Source: Blasia pusilla
Taxonomy: Eukaryota
Assembly: GCA_050084515.1 (NCBI GenBank)
Contig: CM114271.1
Span: 33,480,001 to 33,544,000, forward strand
DNA: 64,000 bases
Reading direction: 5' to 3'
Both the position numbers and the translations under genes were made by a program. Within the stretch, counting starts at the first letter, position 1. Every line of letters starts with the position of its first letter. The notes beneath the pieces were generated by a model. The model searched no databases. It worked only from the letters and a program-made list of their open reading frames with translations, and was not told the origin of the DNA. This document shows, piece after piece, positions 61,823 through 64,000 of this stretch.

Positions 61823-64000
61823 CCTAACACTCCCCTCTGGACACTGCCACACAACGGGTGTGGTATCTAGTGGGGTCAGCGTCTCCACTCCAAGTGCCCG
61901 ATCGCAACTTGACTCTCGCTGCTCCGGGATAAAATCATAACTCCACGCATGCCTCACAAGGTTGTCGGTATTCCTCTCTAGCTCTCGAGTTGTACAACAC
62001 AATGGTGAAGAGGTCTCACCAACATGGGAAGAGACACCCGCCATGGCCTGTCTCTTCGTGGGACTATCCGCTACTGGAACATCCTCCGCATGTGCGTTCC
62101 CCTCCAACAACTTACTTGGTTAGCTAACACTACCTGTGAAAGCTACCAACGTAGTCACAGACTCGTCTCGTGATCGACCACTTCATCCCGCAAATGGCAT
62201 GGGTAATTGACTCATTCACCCGTCACCTGATTGCAACCATGGCCGATAAGCAAAAGTCTCCTCCCAGAAGTCAAGTATGAATCCTAGGGGATATAATACT
62301 AGATTCCCCACCAACACATCGTACGACTCAACTACTATTATGATCGCACGTGTGCGTACCATAGCACTATCCATCGCATGCTCTGGCTGAACTATCACAA
62401 CCATCTCCTCTCGAGTCATACACTGCGTGGGTGACTTGCCCCCAATTGAGGTCTGTATCTAGAAGGGACAAGGCTCAATGTCGGCCTTCCGTAACCCCAA
62501 CGCTAAACACGCCGTCTTCCCTAACATCAAGGGCTGCGCTTCCAAATCAAGTAGGACGCACTGCGGGTTGTATACTATCCCCATCGGACTAACCAAGCGA
62601 AATACTCCAGCTCGGTTATCCAGCAACACTACGCCATGTGTCACCATTGCTCTCTCTATAGCTAGTTGAGCTGGCATACCTGCCAACTTCTCCGCTGCCG
62701 CATGCCATGACTCTGTGGGGGACGTCCCGAGCACCTGCTTCGAGAGAAAGTCCACCACCTCCTCAACTAACTCTGAACAAGAGGCTTTCACCTCTCCACG
62801 CTCACACAACGTGGCAGCTAGCCGAAACACCTCACCTGGTCCAACTCCCAACGTCGCCAACTCTATGGCGGAAATAGCGAAGTCTGGCTCACTCTGGTGG
62901 CCACCTCCAACACTATGGTCGACACTAACTCCACTCGAACCGGCATAGGAGTTATCACTCCAACTCTTTGTGACGTTGACGTACCTGCCTTAGGTACTGC
63001 TGGTCGTCAAGGCACCATCAATGGTGTGTGTAGTGCCTCCGACAATGTGAATGATTGTGCAACCCTGGCCTGCCACCCAATCGGTCCCCTCCGATGGGTC
63101 AATCTCAACTCCACCTCTCGAAGGCTAAGTGCCTCTCGTAGCACCCTGAGTCACCACTACTGCCGCCTCAACGTGAGCTGCACTACACATACACCCCATA
63201 CAAGCGAGGTCCTCACCCGGGTTAGGGTAAGAGGTAGAAGCTAGAGCCACACTAGTTGCTCACGGCTCCGTGCCTTCCCGAAATTGCATCATCGTCATGA
63301 TAGCAATCCTCTTCTCCAACTCATCGATGCGTGAGAGAAGTGCCAAATTGGTGCTCCTACCCTGCTCCATCTCCTCTGGCTGGTGGTGGTCCTCTACCAC
63401 CACGTCCATGAATAACTCCCTGACCTCCTCCAAGACAACCGCCCCCTGGCCCTCGCCCTACCTTTGCACGTGCCTCTCGACAAAGTTCAAAACATCTATC
63501 CCTAGTGTGACCATATCTATGGCAATAGTCACACAAGTACTGTGGTGGGGCCATCCTCTGTGGCTCCTGAGCAATCGGAGGCGTTGGTGGTCCTCTCCCA
63601 TGTTGTGTGCAGTCTCTCTGCCTATGGGCCCCTCCACACGTCCAACAAGATAACATCGGTCCCTACTGGGCAACATATGTAGGTACGGGTCGTTGCCTCA
63701 TAGGCTCATGGTGACCCCCCTGCTCTCTCACCACACTGGCCCGCTCCCGTGGTACATGTGCTCGTTGGGGCACTTGTGGGATCACCGTCGCTCGTGGACC
63801 CGTCAACTCTCAAGAAAATCCAGCCGTCACTACGTGCTCCTGAATCATGTTGAGTTTAATATGCTCAGACAACTCAAAGACCACCTTCACTGTGGGCTTC
63901 GTTGTGTGAATCACTACCGAATCTCAAACTCTCCTCGGTAGTTCTCGATCTAGAATCCGTACCAATACTGGACTGAGCGCGCCTCAATCACTCCATACGT

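Larger units (their letters stand above)
56682..64000 (-). mobile_element. Element 4: decayed DNMT/PHD Gypsy-like element of a third family; 5' end lies beyond the window
   Basis: Gag with CWTCGGAHRQRDC and CDYCHRYGHTRDRC (~63500-63650); protease LLDLEAQP ~62545; DNMT 60890-61822; RT (CYIDD ~59925); RNase H 59126-59548; integrase ~57760-58900; PHD 57528-57665; PPT ~57446-57455; B1 57302-57445; A2 56820-57299; B2 56682-56819 (ends GCATGACA). Confidence 0.92.

Noticed and set aside
1-64000. CRISPR arrays, rRNA or tRNA genes, prokaryotic operons
   Set aside because: None seen; the sequence is eukaryotic with spliceosomal introns.

Overview
Eukaryotic, intron-rich plant DNA, most likely from a flagellated-sperm land plant (bryophyte-like; inferred from an intact PF20/SPAG16 gene). 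There are two host genes: the 5' part of a large glycine-rich secreted/membrane protein gene (minus strand, 8 exons, 51-3748, running off the left edge) and a complete 12-exon PF20/SPAG16-like WD40 gene (44805-52674). They flank a nest of retroelements. The nest and the right end of the window hold four decayed copies, from three terminal-repeat families, of an unusual Ty3/Gypsy-like element. Its domain order is Gag (2 zinc knuckles), aspartic protease, DNMT3-like C5 cytosine methyltransferase, RT, RNase H, DDE integrase, PHD finger. The elements lack ordinary paired LTRs and instead show split repeats (A - internal - PPT - B - A - B). The outer ends are TG...CA, one copy has a proven 4-bp TSD, each internal B|A boundary is an abutted CA-nn-TG junction, and the primer-binding site is complementary to the element's own A repeat (Tf1-like self-priming). 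One copy is inserted in a Ty1/Copia RT. All element copies are pseudogenised, so activity cannot be judged from this window.
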